DNA from: Balanoglossus misakiensis
Taxonomy: Eukaryota; Animalia; Hemichordata
DNA: 64,000 nucleotides
Assembly (NCBI GenBank): GCA_040954595.2
Contig: CM082578.2
Span: forward strand, 3,764,831-3,828,830
Direction of reading: 5' to 3'
In this document: one piece after another, positions 22,751-36,378 of the stretch
Numbering within the stretch: position 1 is the first letter of the stretch
How the letters are laid out: every line of letters starts with the position of its first letter
Notes under the pieces: generated by a model
What the model saw: only the letters and a program-made list of their open reading frames with translations
Databases searched by the model: none
What the model was told of the DNA's origin: nothing
Translations under genes and position numbers: made by a program

Positions 22751-23784
22751 GTGTGATAAAGCGTTCAAAACTAAACAAGGCTGCAAGAATCATTTATTAA
22801 ATGGACACAAACTACAAGGTAAGCATTTTAGGAGAGATACTGAAAAGGAGTCAGCCATTCAGGATTTATTAGGTGCACTAGCTGTCACTTCCGAGCATAA
22901 ATTCTTTCGAGTTCTACAATGTACCATTATTGTTGCTGGCATCATTAACAATAGAAAGATCCATTGACCCACGCCATTAAAAAGTACAGGCTGGATATGA
23001 ATGCAAGTTTCAAAATGTAAACCGCTGATTCAGCTAAGATAAGTTAGAAAAACTCCTTCGCCAAGATTTGAAGTGGTAATTTTAGTGTTATTTTCAATAA
23101 TAACTTTATGTGGGGTTTGACAAACAGCGTGAGAAGACATATCCGAATCAGTCATGAATATTAAAAATAAAAACTACTTTTGCTTAAAAATGGAAGACAA
23201 TGTCAAAATGACTATCGATTGGTCAACTTTCAGAACCATCCCAAGGAACACAAGCACCAAGTAGTCAAGAGGAGAAGATAACCAAAGACAAAAGAAAGAA
23301 GAGAGAATACAGTAAGTACACCTATGTAGCTAGCAGTATTGTGCATGTAACCGTGGTCAACATGATTAATTTGTAGACAAACAATTTCTGTACCAGATGC
23401 TGATTGTGGTTTCCCGTGTGTAGTTGACAATAGAATACTGGGTTGGTAAAGCATAAAGGTTGGACCTGACTCTTATTATGGGCAAACTAAAGCACTCATT
23501 TCAGTTGATTATCTAACATTCATGACGAAGGTATCAGCCGTGTTTTTGTTTGTTTGTTTTTTCACTTAATTTAACATTCATGATGAAAGTATCAGCTGTG
23601 TTTTTGTTTCACTTTATAAGCCCTAAAATAAGAAGAGGTCATTCATATTCAAGACAGGGGGCTTTTAACTTCAAGATTGTCTACTACATGATACATAATG
23701 CCAGACAGTTGTGCCTTGCAGTCAATTTAGATATGTAAGTTTCAGTGTTACTTACCATCCATTACATGTGTAATATTTTTTGTT

Positions 23785-24339
23785 ATGTCAGGAAAACGAC
23801 CCTTGCCTACATATACCAAAGAAAATGCTGTAAATGAAGCTGGACATCTCCTCAGTGTGACAATGTGTCAACTACTGTCAAGAGACTACATAAAAAATGG
23901 AGGTTTTGCTAAGAGTATAGTTGCTTTCCAAGATGTGTTGAAGGCATTACATGAAGCAGCTGTTGAAGATCCAGGTTGTATCTTAAAAGACATGACATGC
24001 CTCATTGGCATTTTGTGGCCAGCAATTGTGGCAGGTGATGGGTGTTTTTTCTCATGTGCACGACGGGAGGCAGTCTTCAAGAAATTTCATCAGCTGAGAA
24101 TTTCAGTGGAACTAAGAAAAGCAATCACAGCTCTCTGTGCCAAAGCAAATAAATGTGTGACAAATTCTCAGAAAACTATGATAGCCAATAGTATATTTGA
24201 GACGATTCTTCTAAGGAGAGAGAAAGTTGAACGAGACTTTGATTGTGCTGAATTAAAGCTGGACAATGTCGAAGAGAACATCCTTCGCTATTCGTGTGGT
24301 TATATACCAATGGCACTGATAGTGTGGTATGAATATTGA
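23785..24339 (+). pseudogene. Uncharacterised, probably transposon-associated ORF fragment
   Basis: 184-aa ORF ending in EENILRYSCGYIP (resembles the E..L.Y..GY motif of P/THAP9-type C-terminal regions), cut off by a repeat at about 24338. Confidence 0.35.
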
Positions 24340-24647
24340 TGTGTATTCCCGTAGGATTTTTGTGCTAAAATTGATTTTGTTGTTGTTTTGGCTTCTATGG
24401 GGACCCAAATACCCGAAAATGATGGGGTGCAATTTTAAGGGCCCCTCCGTCATATTTTTCTGGGGGGGGGGGTACTTCCGTTTTGTGGTATGATGTGTAT
24501 TCCCGTAGGATTTTTGTGCTAAAATTGATTGTTTTTGCTGCTTTGGCTCTAATGGGGACCCAACTACCCAAAAATGACGAGGTGCAATTTTTAGGGCCCC
24601 TCCATCATATTTTTCTGGGGGGGGGGTACTTCCGTTTTGTGGTATGA
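24338..24647 (+). repeat. ~155-bp tandem duplication within a dispersed repeat
   Basis: GATGTGTATTCCCGTAGGATTTTTGTGCTAAAATTGATT...G-run TACTTCCG..TGTGGTATGATG occurs twice. Confidence 0.8.
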
Positions 24648-24957
24648 TGTGCCCCAAAATACAAGATATTGCCCCTACAATCATTGATATTTTAATCATA
24701 GGTTTTGTAAATCATCATGAGAACTCACCAAAGAACCTTCAAATCAAATTATTTCGAAGCAATGGGGGAAGAGGGTTCTTAGAAAGAGTTTTGACCAAAA
24801 ATGGCAAAAATCGCCCCAAAAATATGCTATTAAATTCTTCAAGTTGATTTGAAAAACATACATGCAAATCTTACTTGGGTCCCCTAAGAACATGCCTACC
24901 AAATTTCAATGCAATCTGACAAGCGGTTTTGATCCAAAAAGACAAAAATTATAATTA

Positions 24958-25360
24958 AAGCTGCAAGCAGCATTGAAGGGGCCCAAGCAAATAGAGATAA
25001 TCATGACAAATCCATTGCATCAAATATCAATGCTGTATCTGCTGTGGATGCTGTGATTTGTGAAAGTAGGTCAAAGGTCACCCGAGGTCACCCAACATTT
25101 GGGGAAATAATTGAGCCCATACCGGTCCATGTCCAACAAAAACAAACATGTGGCTCTATTGGATCGCCTGTAATTATATATGCGTATATTTAATGAGGTC
25201 AGCAGGTGTCACAAAATTTGGCTTTTCATTTTGGTCTCATCCTGCCAAATGCCAAGGCTGTTTCTGCTCTGGATGCCGATATATGCGAAAGTAGGTCAAT
25301 GGTCACCTGAGATCACCCAAAATTTGGGCGAAAAGTTTTGAACCATATTGGTTCCATGGA
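24958..25360 (+). repeat. Diverged copy of the 2280-5569 repeat family
   Basis: AAGCTGCAAGCAGC..GGGCCCAAGC start; AAGTAGGTCAAAGGTCACCCGAGGTCACCCAA subrepeats. Confidence 0.8.
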
Positions 25361-25974
25361 CAAGAATTACTGAACGAAATCTGATTTCACTATGGGAATA
25401 CCTTTGATGTAAGCTCACAATGTGAATTTTCTAAAGCGTATTCTCTCCTGCCTGCATAGCTGTCTGTCTGTCCATCTGTATATAGCGACCAGATCGACAT
25501 GTACAATTGTTAACATGCAGGTGAAGATGGGTATTTAATGTCCGAACTAATTAGTTGCCAATGCAACATCTTGAAAGCGCATGGCGTACATTACCTCAAT
25601 CAACATTTGCCATTCGCTTTTTAGAAATGTGCCGGGGGTCACCTTTGACATGACCAACCGATCCACCCTCGCATAATAAATGAAAATTCCCTAATCGTGA
25701 TTAAAACGTAAATCCAACAAATATGCAGGAAAGGATGCACCACAGTGTATCTTTACCATAAACAATTTCGGGAAGTATTGTTAAAAGAGTTACAGAATAC
25801 AACGACTCGAGACTTTTCATACCATGCTAGTTATTTTTATTACGTTCATAATGGACAATATCAAGATTTGATGCCAACCCACCACTACCTATTATGAATT
25901 TCAACATGTCGTTTGACAAAAATATCTCTCCACTGTCTTTGTCTAAATCATGATGTATTCAGCTGTAGTTTATG

Positions 25975-27423
25975 TTAGACACCTGAAAGATACAAACATC
26001 TCAATGTTAAATATGCGTAAGTATAACTTTGAATATAACATCTCAATGGCCCTCAAATATGATTCTCATAGCGCATTCAGAGAGCCGAACAAGAAACATG
26101 GTTGATACAAAGAACGCGAATAATGAAAGAAATGGCCAAAGCTGCAGTTGATTGATCTTTGAACCTTACCTGATCTATCAACAACGCCCATGACGGCATC
26201 TGAATCCACTATTTTCGCTGGTATTGGATTCTTTAACCAGCATTTGCCAGTATTTTTTCTGAAAGTCCATCCGAGACACTGACTGTTGCGTTTGCAATCT
26301 TCACAACATTCTTCTGGACTGCTCTTGATGTTTTGGTATCCGTCATTTATGTCGTTTCCAGGTGTGGCGAAACCATCTTCCATGTTACAGCCTACGCCTG
26401 TGATATATATTAAGAATATATTATTGGTGTTGAAAACAATGTCCATCGCATTGATAAACGTACATATTGCATCAAGTTCTTTCCAAATCCAAATAGTCAA
26501 TATTGAAATATCGACACGAGTACAGGCCCAACGCTCGATGGGATTTAGGCCTATTTTGAAAATTGTCAAAAATGACAAATTCCCGAACTTGCTAATATTG
26601 GTCATTCTGTCATTTTTGGACGTTTTTCATGGGTTATATATATATAGCTCATGAAAATTGTCCATTCATATCCCTCGTTAACGTTTGTCTCTCTTCCAGC
26701 ATACGTGTACATGTACGCTTTGAATTAGAGGGACTTGCCCCTCCAGAGCGTTTGAATGGGTGTCAAGCAAGCCCATTACAAAATTAAATTTACATATGAA
26801 AATGTGTCAAACTGAACATTTTAGTACTAACCATACTCGCATCCACGAAGAAAGGCAAACTGGCAAAAAAACAGACAAAGGTTACTAATTACTGCGATGA
26901 TTTTTTAGGCTCATATTTGTTCAAAATACACGGTCAGAGATCTGTTTGAGATAGTCAATGGAAATATTGATACAGTGCAGTGGTCGCCAGACTTGCGTTT
27001 TCACAGACCTTCGGGGGGGGGGGGGGGGGAAACGATTTCATCCCCAAGTTTGAAAAAACGCTGCGTGATTTCTGTTTGAAATTTGTGCATTCAAATTGAA
27101 GATATTACACCTCAAGTTGAAACTTTCAATCACAGTTCGGGGTGGGCGCTCGACCGAAATACGATAATTGCACGATTAAAGTCAGCCTTACATATTTGTC
27201 GTTTCGGTATTCGAAACTTTCTTCAAAATGTGAATTGGCCAACGGACATGCAGTGACAATCGTTTACCACCCGTAATTATGAACTTCGGTTAACGCACTC
27301 AAACGCTCTCAAAAGCAACCGAGACATTAAAAAATAGTTGTTGCCAGCGCTGCATGCAAATTTTACACTTACCTGACAAAGTGCCACTGCAAGGAGGACC
27401 GAAGCCTTCATCACGATACCCAT
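25975..27423 (-). CDS. Small secreted PAN/Apple-domain protein (exons about 27373-27423, 26170-26397, 25975-25982)
   Basis: Signal-like MKASVLLAVALCQ|gtaagt. PAN exon CNMEDGFATPGNDI..SPEECCEDCKRNSQCLGWTF..GKCWLK bounded by cag/gtaag. Last exon gives GV*. TATAAA at 27503-27508. Exon 1 and 2 phases do not match, so a small exon is probably unresolved. Confidence 0.7.
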
Positions 27424-28724
27424 ACTTCTTGCTGATCGTTTGGCTGTTCGTTCGCAGTCAGGAGCACCAACTGTAGTGAGATTTTCCGTCCAACAACTCT
27501 GCTTTATATGCACCTCGTTGAGATAATAAACTTAAAAACGGCTTTGGATTAGTCAGTTGCTCCTCCAGCCAAACTACAATTACAGATCCGCGTTTCTTTA
27601 GCATTGCATTGACATACGGGTATTTTCAAAATTTCATAATTTGATAATAACCCGCTTTAGGGTAGCCTATGTACTTTTTGTTCAATCTGTTACGAGTGCT
27701 TACATTCCCACACTTCACTTCCGTAATAATGTAAGGCACACCAATTGAATCAGGTAATTTAAATGGTAGCAGTTGAAATCAAAACGTTGGAGACTTCTTC
27801 ATGTGGCAATTAAGCAAAAAAGCCCATCATCATAAGCGGGCTTGGGCTATTCCAAAACCGAATTCCAACAAAGCATGAATTTACGGTGATTTTGCAGAAA
27901 GGCACACCCGCCATCTTGAAAACTTGTTAGTCAGGGTTACTATATGGAGAAAGACTAACCAGGAGGTATTTATAATACAAGTGAGAACATGTCAATAATC
28001 TGCACTAGTTCCCGCTCTTTCTTGCTTGTGAAATTAACAATTGGCAGCACACAAAGAACCGGAATTAAATGTATTTCTGTGCAAACTATAACAATATTGA
28101 CTCTAATTTAAGGCTATTACAAATCGTTCGTTTGCAGAAGTAGAATTGCTAAATCATATGCTGTTGATTTTTGCATACTAGTATGTACTGCAGATTATTC
28201 TGTGGTTCGCGACCTCAAAACTGTGGTATTACATCTCATTATTATGAGAATGAAGAAAATATTCCCTTTCAAAATTCAATTATTTTCGGAGCATTTGTTG
28301 AATAGACTATTGTCAAGCAAGTTCAATTTTTCACTTGGTCAGTTTTTCTCTTAATATTTACAACAAATCCCACGTATAACCTGTCAAAACTAAAATATAG
28401 AGCGAAGGAAGATTATTATAAGCAAATGCAATGACGATAGCAAGATGTTCAAAGATGGCAGACCAATGGTTGACCCCATATGGAAGCAGTATAATGTTGT
28501 TCCCGTTACCCAGTTAAATAGAGCTAAAACCTTGAAATTAGGTGTGTCAGTGCATCGTCTGGCCTTGTCCCAAATATAGATGAGGGATAATGTTTTCTGT
28601 AATGCAAGTGAGGACATGTCAGTAATCTACACTAGTTCCCGCTCTTTCTTGCTTGTGAAATTAACAATTGGCAGCACATAAAGAACCAGATTAAAATTTA
28701 TTTCATTGAAATAGTATGACAATA

Positions 28725-28940
28725 TTGGATTTCTGAGATCTTGATACCCGTTGTTGAGGTCATTTCCGGGTCTTGCGACGCTATCTTCAAAGCAGCATCC
28801 TACGAAATCAACAGGCAATTGCCGTTGCAGTGGCAGATGACATGACCGTAGACGCTCTTTCAACTGTACAGTAACAATATTGATTGTCTGCTTGAGGGAG
28901 CCCAACAAGAAACCATGGTTGATACAAAGAACACGAATAA
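28725..28940 (-). pseudogene. Truncated paralogous PAN exon fragment
   Basis: VGCCFEDSVARPGNDLNNGYQDLRNP parallels VGCNMEDGFATPGNDINDGYQNIKSSP; 28905-28940 matches intron sequence at about 26088-26123. Confidence 0.65.
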
Positions 28941-28942
28941 AT

Positions 28943-29670
28943 ACAGCTGCAAGCAGCAATGGCGGGGCCCAAGCCGGAATGGTCATCTGAGGTCACCCGA
29001 AATTTGGGCAAACATTTTTGACCCCATACTGGTCCAGGTCCATCAGAAACCAAACCTTCAGCCTTACTGGTTCGCCTGGAATTAGGTATGCACATAATTA
29101 ATGAGATAAACTGATGTCACAGGTGGCCTCAAAAACGCCAAGTCTGTACCTGCTCTGGATGCTAAGATATGGTAAAGTAGGTCAAAGGTCACCTGAGGTC
29201 ATGCAAAATTTGGGCAAGAAATTTTGACCCTATACTGGTCCATGTTCAACAAAAACCAAACCTATAGCCCTATTGGTTAGCCTGGAATTAGGTATGCACA
29301 TAATTAATGAGATATGCAGGTGTCACAGGTGACCCCCATTTTGGCTTTTCAATTTTAGTCCCAACCCTCCAAACGCCAAGTCTGAACCTGCTGTGGATGC
29401 CGAGATATAGTAGTAAAATATATAGTAGATAAAGTAGGTCAAAGTTCACCTGAGGTCACCCAAAATTTGGGCAAGAAATTTTGACCCTATACTGGTCCAT
29501 GTTCCATAAGAACGAAACATCTAGCCCTATTAGTTAGCCCGGAATTAGGTATGCACATAATTAATGAGTTAAGCAGGTGTTACAGGTGAGCCCAAAATTT
29601 TGCCTTTTATTTTGGTCCCATTGTGCTCACTGACCAAGAGACAGTCACTGTACAGGACTATTGCACAGAC
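28943..29670 (+). repeat. Copy of the 2280-5569 repeat family, interrupted by the Harbinger-group element
   Basis: ACAGCTGCAAGCAGC..GGGCCCAAGC start and subrepeats; similar sequence resumes at about 41765 (ACGTGGGCATTGCTTAACCATAGA). Confidence 0.82.
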
Positions 29671-29957
29671 CAGAATTCCACATGTGGGACCAAAATTTGT
29701 GTCCTAAACCCCTGCGTCGCTCACGGTGATTGGTAGCTCTAATGTCCCTATGTCCCCTTTCCGTTCAGTCATTGGCTGCCTATACGTCATTTCGTCTCAT
29801 TAGTATTTACTGTTCCGAATTCAGCTCATTCATTGGCTGCTTTACGTTCTTGTCCCTTGCCTCACTTTCGAGTGTTCATTGCCTCGTTCTTTTATGTGCT
29901 CCTTACCGTCACGTAATATGCGGGACTAGTCAAAGACTCCCAGACTCCAGGTGTTTC

Positions 29958-32460
29958 AATTATTATTATTATTATTATTATTATACTTTATTTAAAGAGG
30001 GTAATCTGATTACAAATGAATTGTAATTTACATCAGGGCCCTCATGAAAAAAATACAAGTTCATATAAATAGTGCATCGTAAGTACACAACTGAAACAAA
30101 AAAAAGAGCGAGGACATAGATAAATGAAAGAATAAATAAATAAATAAATAAATGAGAAATCCAATCAAACAATGAGCTATCCATCCAAATCTGAACCTTC
30201 ATTACAAAACTTCGTAAAAAGGTAACTGTACAATGCTGATTTGAATGATGATAAACTTGCATGGTTACGGATATATACAGGAATTGAGTTCCAAGTTTTT
30301 GCTGCTCGATAGGCAAACGACCTTTGACCCATGGCAGTCCTGAACCTTGGTGGGTAGAGGTCACCGGCGCTGACACTTCGAGTATTTAAACGATTCATTT
30401 CTGAAAGAGGTCGGAAAAGATCCCTAATATAGTTGGGTGCGAGGTCATTTAGAGCTTTGAAAGTCATAATAGCCGTGAAATATACAATGCGAAAATCAAC
30501 AGGTAACCAATGCAGACTGATGAGAAGAGAACGGGATGAAAATGTCGTGTCCACTCCAAGGATTACCCTAGCAGCTCTTTTCTGAAGTTTATACAATCTT
30601 TGGAGGTTTGTCTTTGACGTATTACCCCAAACTATACAGCAGTAGTCAAACAAAGAGAGAAACAAAGCATTGTAAGCCAATAAAAGTACATGTCTTTGAC
30701 GTCTTAGAACACCAATTCTAGTCGAAAGGTTTTTACAAAGATTGTTGATGTGGTCGTCCCAACTTAACATGTTGTCAATTTGAATACCAAGTAACTTGTG
30801 GGTAGTGACATTGTCGATTTGAGTGCCATTAATAAGAACACGAAACGTAATGTCAGAGTCAAAGAACACGCTGATTTTGGGACACGATGCAATAACCATA
30901 CACTTTGTTTTTGTAGTATTTATAGCCATGTTATTGTTGTGAACCCAGTGTGAGACAGGAAGGAGATCACCATTCATACCACTTTCAATGTGTTCGATAT
31001 CAATGCCAGAAACACACATGGTCTGGTCGTCGGCAAACATATTCAAACTTCCCGACATGAGGCAGAGTGGAAGATCATTGATGAACATTAAAAATATGAG
31101 TGGTCCTAAAATAGAGCCTTGAGGTACACCGCTTGTCATTGGCATAACGTCAGAGTCTGCTCCCATGTATGAAACAAATTGACTACGTTCTGAAAGGTAT
31201 GATCGAAACCACTTGAGCGACATTTCGGAAAGCCTGTATACAGAGAGTTTTGAAAGCAAAATTTCATGATCAACAAGATCAAAAGCTTTACATAAATCTA
31301 AATACATAACACCGGTGTATAAACTCTCATCCATATTCAGTAATAGCTGATCTGTAAACTTGAGTAAAGCAGTATGACAAGAGTGGTGTTGTCTAAAACC
31401 TGATTGTGAATCGGCAATAAGATTGTATGAATGCAGAAAGTTAAAAAGACTTATAAATACATGCTTTTCCAGGATTTTGAAGAGGACTGGTAAAAGGGAG
31501 ATAGGCCTATAATTATTAACATCATTCTTTTCCCTCCCTTGTGTATTGGGATAACCTTGGCACATTTAAAACAATCAGGAAAAACACCACTGTTTATGGA
31601 CCTATTAAAAATATCAGTCACAGACTTTGCAATACAAGACACACCAATCTTCAAGAATTTTGGAGACATATTGTCGCTACCAGCTGCTTTAGAATCATTC
31701 AGTAAAGAAAGCTGTTTTGTAACAAAATCAACATGAATCGCAGGAATGTGAAAATTTACAGAGCTATCACAAAAGTGAGAGTTAACCCAGTCGTCAATGA
31801 GGCTAAAGTCAGGTGTTGAGCGAAGGCAATGGCGATACTTACTAACAATACCAGTAAAGTGGGCATTAAATGCCTGGGCATTATTCTTGTGATTTGAAAC
31901 TGTTTTCCCTTCGTACTGAATAGAAAGACTGTGTGAACGGGGATCGCCATGGGAGAGAATTTCGTTGATGGAGCGCCAAATAACAGAGGGGTTTCTGGAA
32001 TTGTTCCTAAAAATATCACGATAATACTGTCGCTTTGCATAGGAAATTGAGTAAACAACTCTATTTCTCAGAGATCTATAAAGCAACCAATCATTGGGAG
32101 AATTTGAGCGGGTGGCCTTAACAAGATGATAGTCTCTGACACGAATAAGGTCCAGAATGTCTGCAGAAAACCATGGTGGTTGTCTGAGTCTTTTCACTCG
32201 CTTTTCAATAAAGGGCGCATGCGCATTACAGACATGGTTGAAACAATCTGTCCACTTTTCAAAGAGTACATTGACATTATCTATCTCACAAGCCTGTGGC
32301 CATTGAGTAGCCTGTAAAGTATGAGTAAAATTCATAGCGGAAAAGTTACAAAACTGCCAACATTTAACAGAAATATGCGATCCTCTGGAGACGTTGTTAC
32401 CATGGAGACGCCTCACCACACAAACAGGAAAGTGATCAGAGATGCCTATTTTGGGGACAC
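29958..32460 (-). mobile_element. 5'-truncated L2/CR1-group LINE
   Basis: ISDHFPV, KAAGSDNM, NNYRPISLL, QSGFR, DLCKAFD, GVPQGSILGP, MFADD, DYCCIVWG, LHWLP; frameshift near 31515; (TAA)n tail at 29958-29983. Confidence 0.92.
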
Positions 32461-32836
32461 AATCTTGACTTTGTGAAGCCGCAAATTTTCCCCAACTAAA
32501 AAGAAACGTGGGCCTAGGAGCGACGTGATTGAATCATGGAAACTGTTTCGGGCAACAGAAACCCCAAGAGCATATTGACACTTTGCGATTATTAAACCAT
32601 CTTTTCATTTTTCCCCTTTTCAGTGTTTGTTTTGCCGTTACCAAACACATTGTCAAGCTAACGCAAAAAATAAAATCGCGTGGCTGAAAAGTACTCCGTA
32701 ATACCAATGTCTCTGCGCGCGCGCACACACACACACGTCAGCGCAGTTGCATATTTCGAATATAACAAGTACAAAAAAACACATCATTATTTTATTTTAA
32801 AGATCTTAAGCTTAACTAGTAGATTTGCGCCAAGAC

Positions 32837-33965
32837 TCAACGCATGAAACGATACAGTCTGATATGTCGCTGGGCTAAAAATGCGCACACTTCTACAATA
32901 ATCGGCATTAGCCAACGTGGGTGCCGATAAACAGAATAAATTGCCCTATAAGTTTTCATATATTTTATGGCATGTTCAACATAAACTCGGGCAAAATTAA
33001 ATTCTCTATTGAATACGAGCATCTCTGGGCGGTACGGACCACGCAACTCAGGGGTTGGAAATCTCGTTAATAGCGGATACATATTTGGGTATCCTTGGTC
33101 AGCCAAAAAATATACATCTCGTGGAATCTGCAATTCACCTTCCAACCCTATCGATGGTAACAATCTGTACTGCATGGCATCATTAGCATGTCCCAGAAAT
33201 CCCGACTGAATGAAAATAATGTTACATTGATTGTCCACAATAACTTGGGTGCTCATTGCATGATGACGAGCGTATCCACTGTAAAAGTTATGCTGTTCTT
33301 CAACTTCGGGACGATATATTTCATGTAGAGTACCATCGATTGTACCTACGGCATTAGGAAAATGTTCCCATTGTCCACGTAGTTGGCCAAAGCGTTCCAA
33401 CGATGGCCAGCGGACGCTACGTCGAAAGTAATGCCAAATTAATGAGAGAAGGTGACGTATTTCTCTATGAATAGTCGTGTTGCTTACCCCAAACCACGCT
33501 GCTAGTAAGTCTAGAGTAGGATAATGCCGTAGCCAAATAAAAGTGAGAAGAAAACGATTTCTTGAATCCATGGCAGGATGACGACGTAGATTCGGTTCCA
33601 GGTCATGTATAATAACTTCCATCGATTGAATGGTTTCTCCAGTTAACATCCAGAAATGGCGAGGACGTCCTTGTAATGATGTCCAAACATCTACGCCATT
33701 ACCTCGGCCAATACCATCATCGTTTGAAAAAAAGCAGGTTGTATATGGTTGGTGGTCGTCGTAAAGGTGGACGCAGGATGTCACACAACAGACGTGTCAA
33801 GATCTGGATAAACGACAGATCATCAACCAACTGCGCTAGATGATACACTTCCCGTTCTTCAGAATACATTGGGAGATGGATGACCACGGAGACTACAGAC
33901 AATATCACCATCATACTTCGGATACAAGATATGAGAAGCAATATTTGATTTCGCTGGAGTGGCAT
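32837..33965 (-). CDS. Harbinger/HARBI1-like DDE_Tnp_4 transposase (probable frameshift in the A-run at about 33727-33733)
   Basis: HTH-like LTFIWLRHYPTLDLLAAWFGVS; catalytic GTIDGT, LADQGYP, RVYVEHAI. Upstream ORF MPLQRNQ.. overlaps at the homopolymer. Confidence 0.85.
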
Positions 33966-34444
33966 TTTGAATGATATTGAAGTTTGTGGTGTTCCGTTTG
34001 AAGATGCTTTCACGATGTGGGATTTGTCGCATACACTAACTTGTAAAACCCTATTCTAAGCATGCGTTGCGAAATACAGTTTTAACATGTCTAAAGTTTC
34101 ATTTGCATAACCGGACCGTTGACCAGTCACAAATAAGCAGGAGTGGGATCACATCGCACGCCAGATGTTCAATTTTGAATGCCAATAGACACGGAGACAT
34201 CCACAAGTTGTTTCTTATTTCCCTTTTCATTTTTTGTATGGCTGAAAATTAACCATTTATTTTCTACTTTTAATGTCATCAACCCTTTTGAAATAGTATT
34301 CAGCAAAGTTTACCAGAAATCATGTATAATTCATATGGCCAATAAAACTTTGATTCGATTCTGTAAAATTAGTCGATCACACGAGGGATACCTGCAGACT
34401 AATAGGGAGTCAATTTGTCGTATCCGATTCATTTCGCGACAGCC

Positions 34445-35492
34445 ATGGCTTCTACGCGTACACCACGCTGTGTTGTAACGGACGCCGAGATAAATTTGAT
34501 TAGGGCCGGGATGAGAATCCATAATACAAATTATGGAAATATTGTCCATTTCATGAGACAGTCTGGTCGTTTGGCCAACAGTGGGATGCCAGCCAATGCA
34601 GTACGGCTCTATCAAACCGGACTGATGAAACCACTACGTCGGCGTGTTCGAGATGTTGTCGCTAAACGTATCTCAGAGTAAGTTTTATTATAGTTTCAAA
34701 CCGAGGGGAGTATTTCTCAAACAGGGAAAGCACATGAAGTCTGTGAAATGTGAGTTTGACGGGTATTGTCTCCCAGAAAAGCACGAAATTTCGTATTGCA
34801 TCTATCGCAGCCAAAGTTTCTGTGTTTCTCTATGTAACTCCTCTGCTAATTTGCATATTTTGTCTTGTCCGTTTCTTTGAATATAATTCACAAGTACATG
34901 TATGGCAAATATTGATATCTCCACTATCATTGAAATCTAGCTATGAAATACGGTACGATTTTTAATATTCATGTGCCGTCCTGGTAATCAGTCAGCAATT
35001 TTTGTTTATAGCGTCCGACAAATACGTGAACGGGAGATGAGGTATGCGGCGCTGAGAACACCGGAGCAGAGGGCACCGGTACAAGCACTGGCACCACGAC
35101 CACCGACACCACCACTGCCCCCGCCGCCGACACAAGCGCCTCCACCACCACCACAGCCGCTACCGCAAGCGCCTCCACCGCCACCACCACCGACACAAGC
35201 ACCACCACCACCACCACCACAGCCACAACCACTTCTACCAGAAGGTGAACCTCCTGCTGCCGATGAGCCCTTGGACCATCACAGGGAGCCCAATCCTGAT
35301 GGTGACGACGGGAGGGGGATCCCTGCACCAGAGGACGCCCAAGAGAGACCACCACAGGGCGGAAGACGGCTGTACCATCTAGTGCGAGAGGCCCATGAAT
35401 TATATGTGGACTTTTTGAGAAACACTCTCCCTGACACTATGGCGAATGTAAATCGCACGCTGGATCGCCTTAGACAGATTGTGAGCACATAA
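34445..35492 (+). CDS. Harbinger accessory protein: Myb/SANT-like N-terminus and Pro-rich linker (exons 34445-34677, 35012-35492)
   Basis: GA|gtaagt...tatag|C joins in phase (ISDVRQIRE). TDAEINLIRAGMRIHNTNYGNI resembles a SANT helix pattern. Head-to-head with the transposase inside the TIRs. Confidence 0.6.
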
Positions 35493-36378
35493 CACGAATA
35501 AAATATTTTTTTATCTATCACCTAAGATTTGTCATTTATCTGGGTTTTTTAATATTCCCCACCACCAATGCAACAGCCCCTTACATGAAGACTTAGCCTT
35601 TTAGTGATAGTATGTTGTATCGATAAAGAGCATATTGCAAACATATTGAAGGAAATGCCAATACAATTGCCAGGAAACAAATAGCGAGAGCACAAACATT
35701 TCCCAGAGTTCCGCTGTTGAAGATATCTTTTTTTATCTTTATACTACCCAAATATGTTTTTATTTTCTAGGAATAGAAAAAAACAAACACATATTTGACA
35801 TTCAGGGGGTACCTAGACTCTATGGCAGTCGCTGTGCCTGTCGATAAGGAATGAAATTTTCATACTGCATACGACGCGCCAGGCAAAGCCACTAGCGACT
35901 GTGTGATTAGCGTCGCGTCCATATGACGTTCTAGCGGACGCGCATTTCAGTATTGGGGCAAGACTAGGGAATGGCCCGTAGCTTTGACGCCGGAGCTTCA
36001 TGACACGGTGACAAACAATAGGGTGCAGCGCATGTGCAAAACAAATTTAGTCTTTACATATATGTTTCGACCATGCTCTGTCTGGTAATGATTGGCTAGT
36101 CCCGCATATTACGTGACGGTGAGGAGCACATAAAAGAACGAGGCAATGAACACTCGAAAGTGAGGCAAGGGACAAGAACGTAAAGCAGCCAATGAATGAG
36201 CTGAATTCGGAACAGTAAATACTAATGAGACGAAATGACGTATACACCACTTTCATAAGTAGCGCCCTCTACAGGCGATGACGTCATTCGGGGGAAAGTT
36301 TGAAGAAGCCATTTTGTCAACGGTTTTTTTCTTATGTGGCGCCTGGTCTTTTTTCAACGCGGTCGCGGGAAGCTGGAA

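Noticed and set aside
22463-22756. Acidic ORF (MAAICHSDDDEF...) as a gene start linked to 23785-24339
   Set aside because: No splice path or domain could be established.
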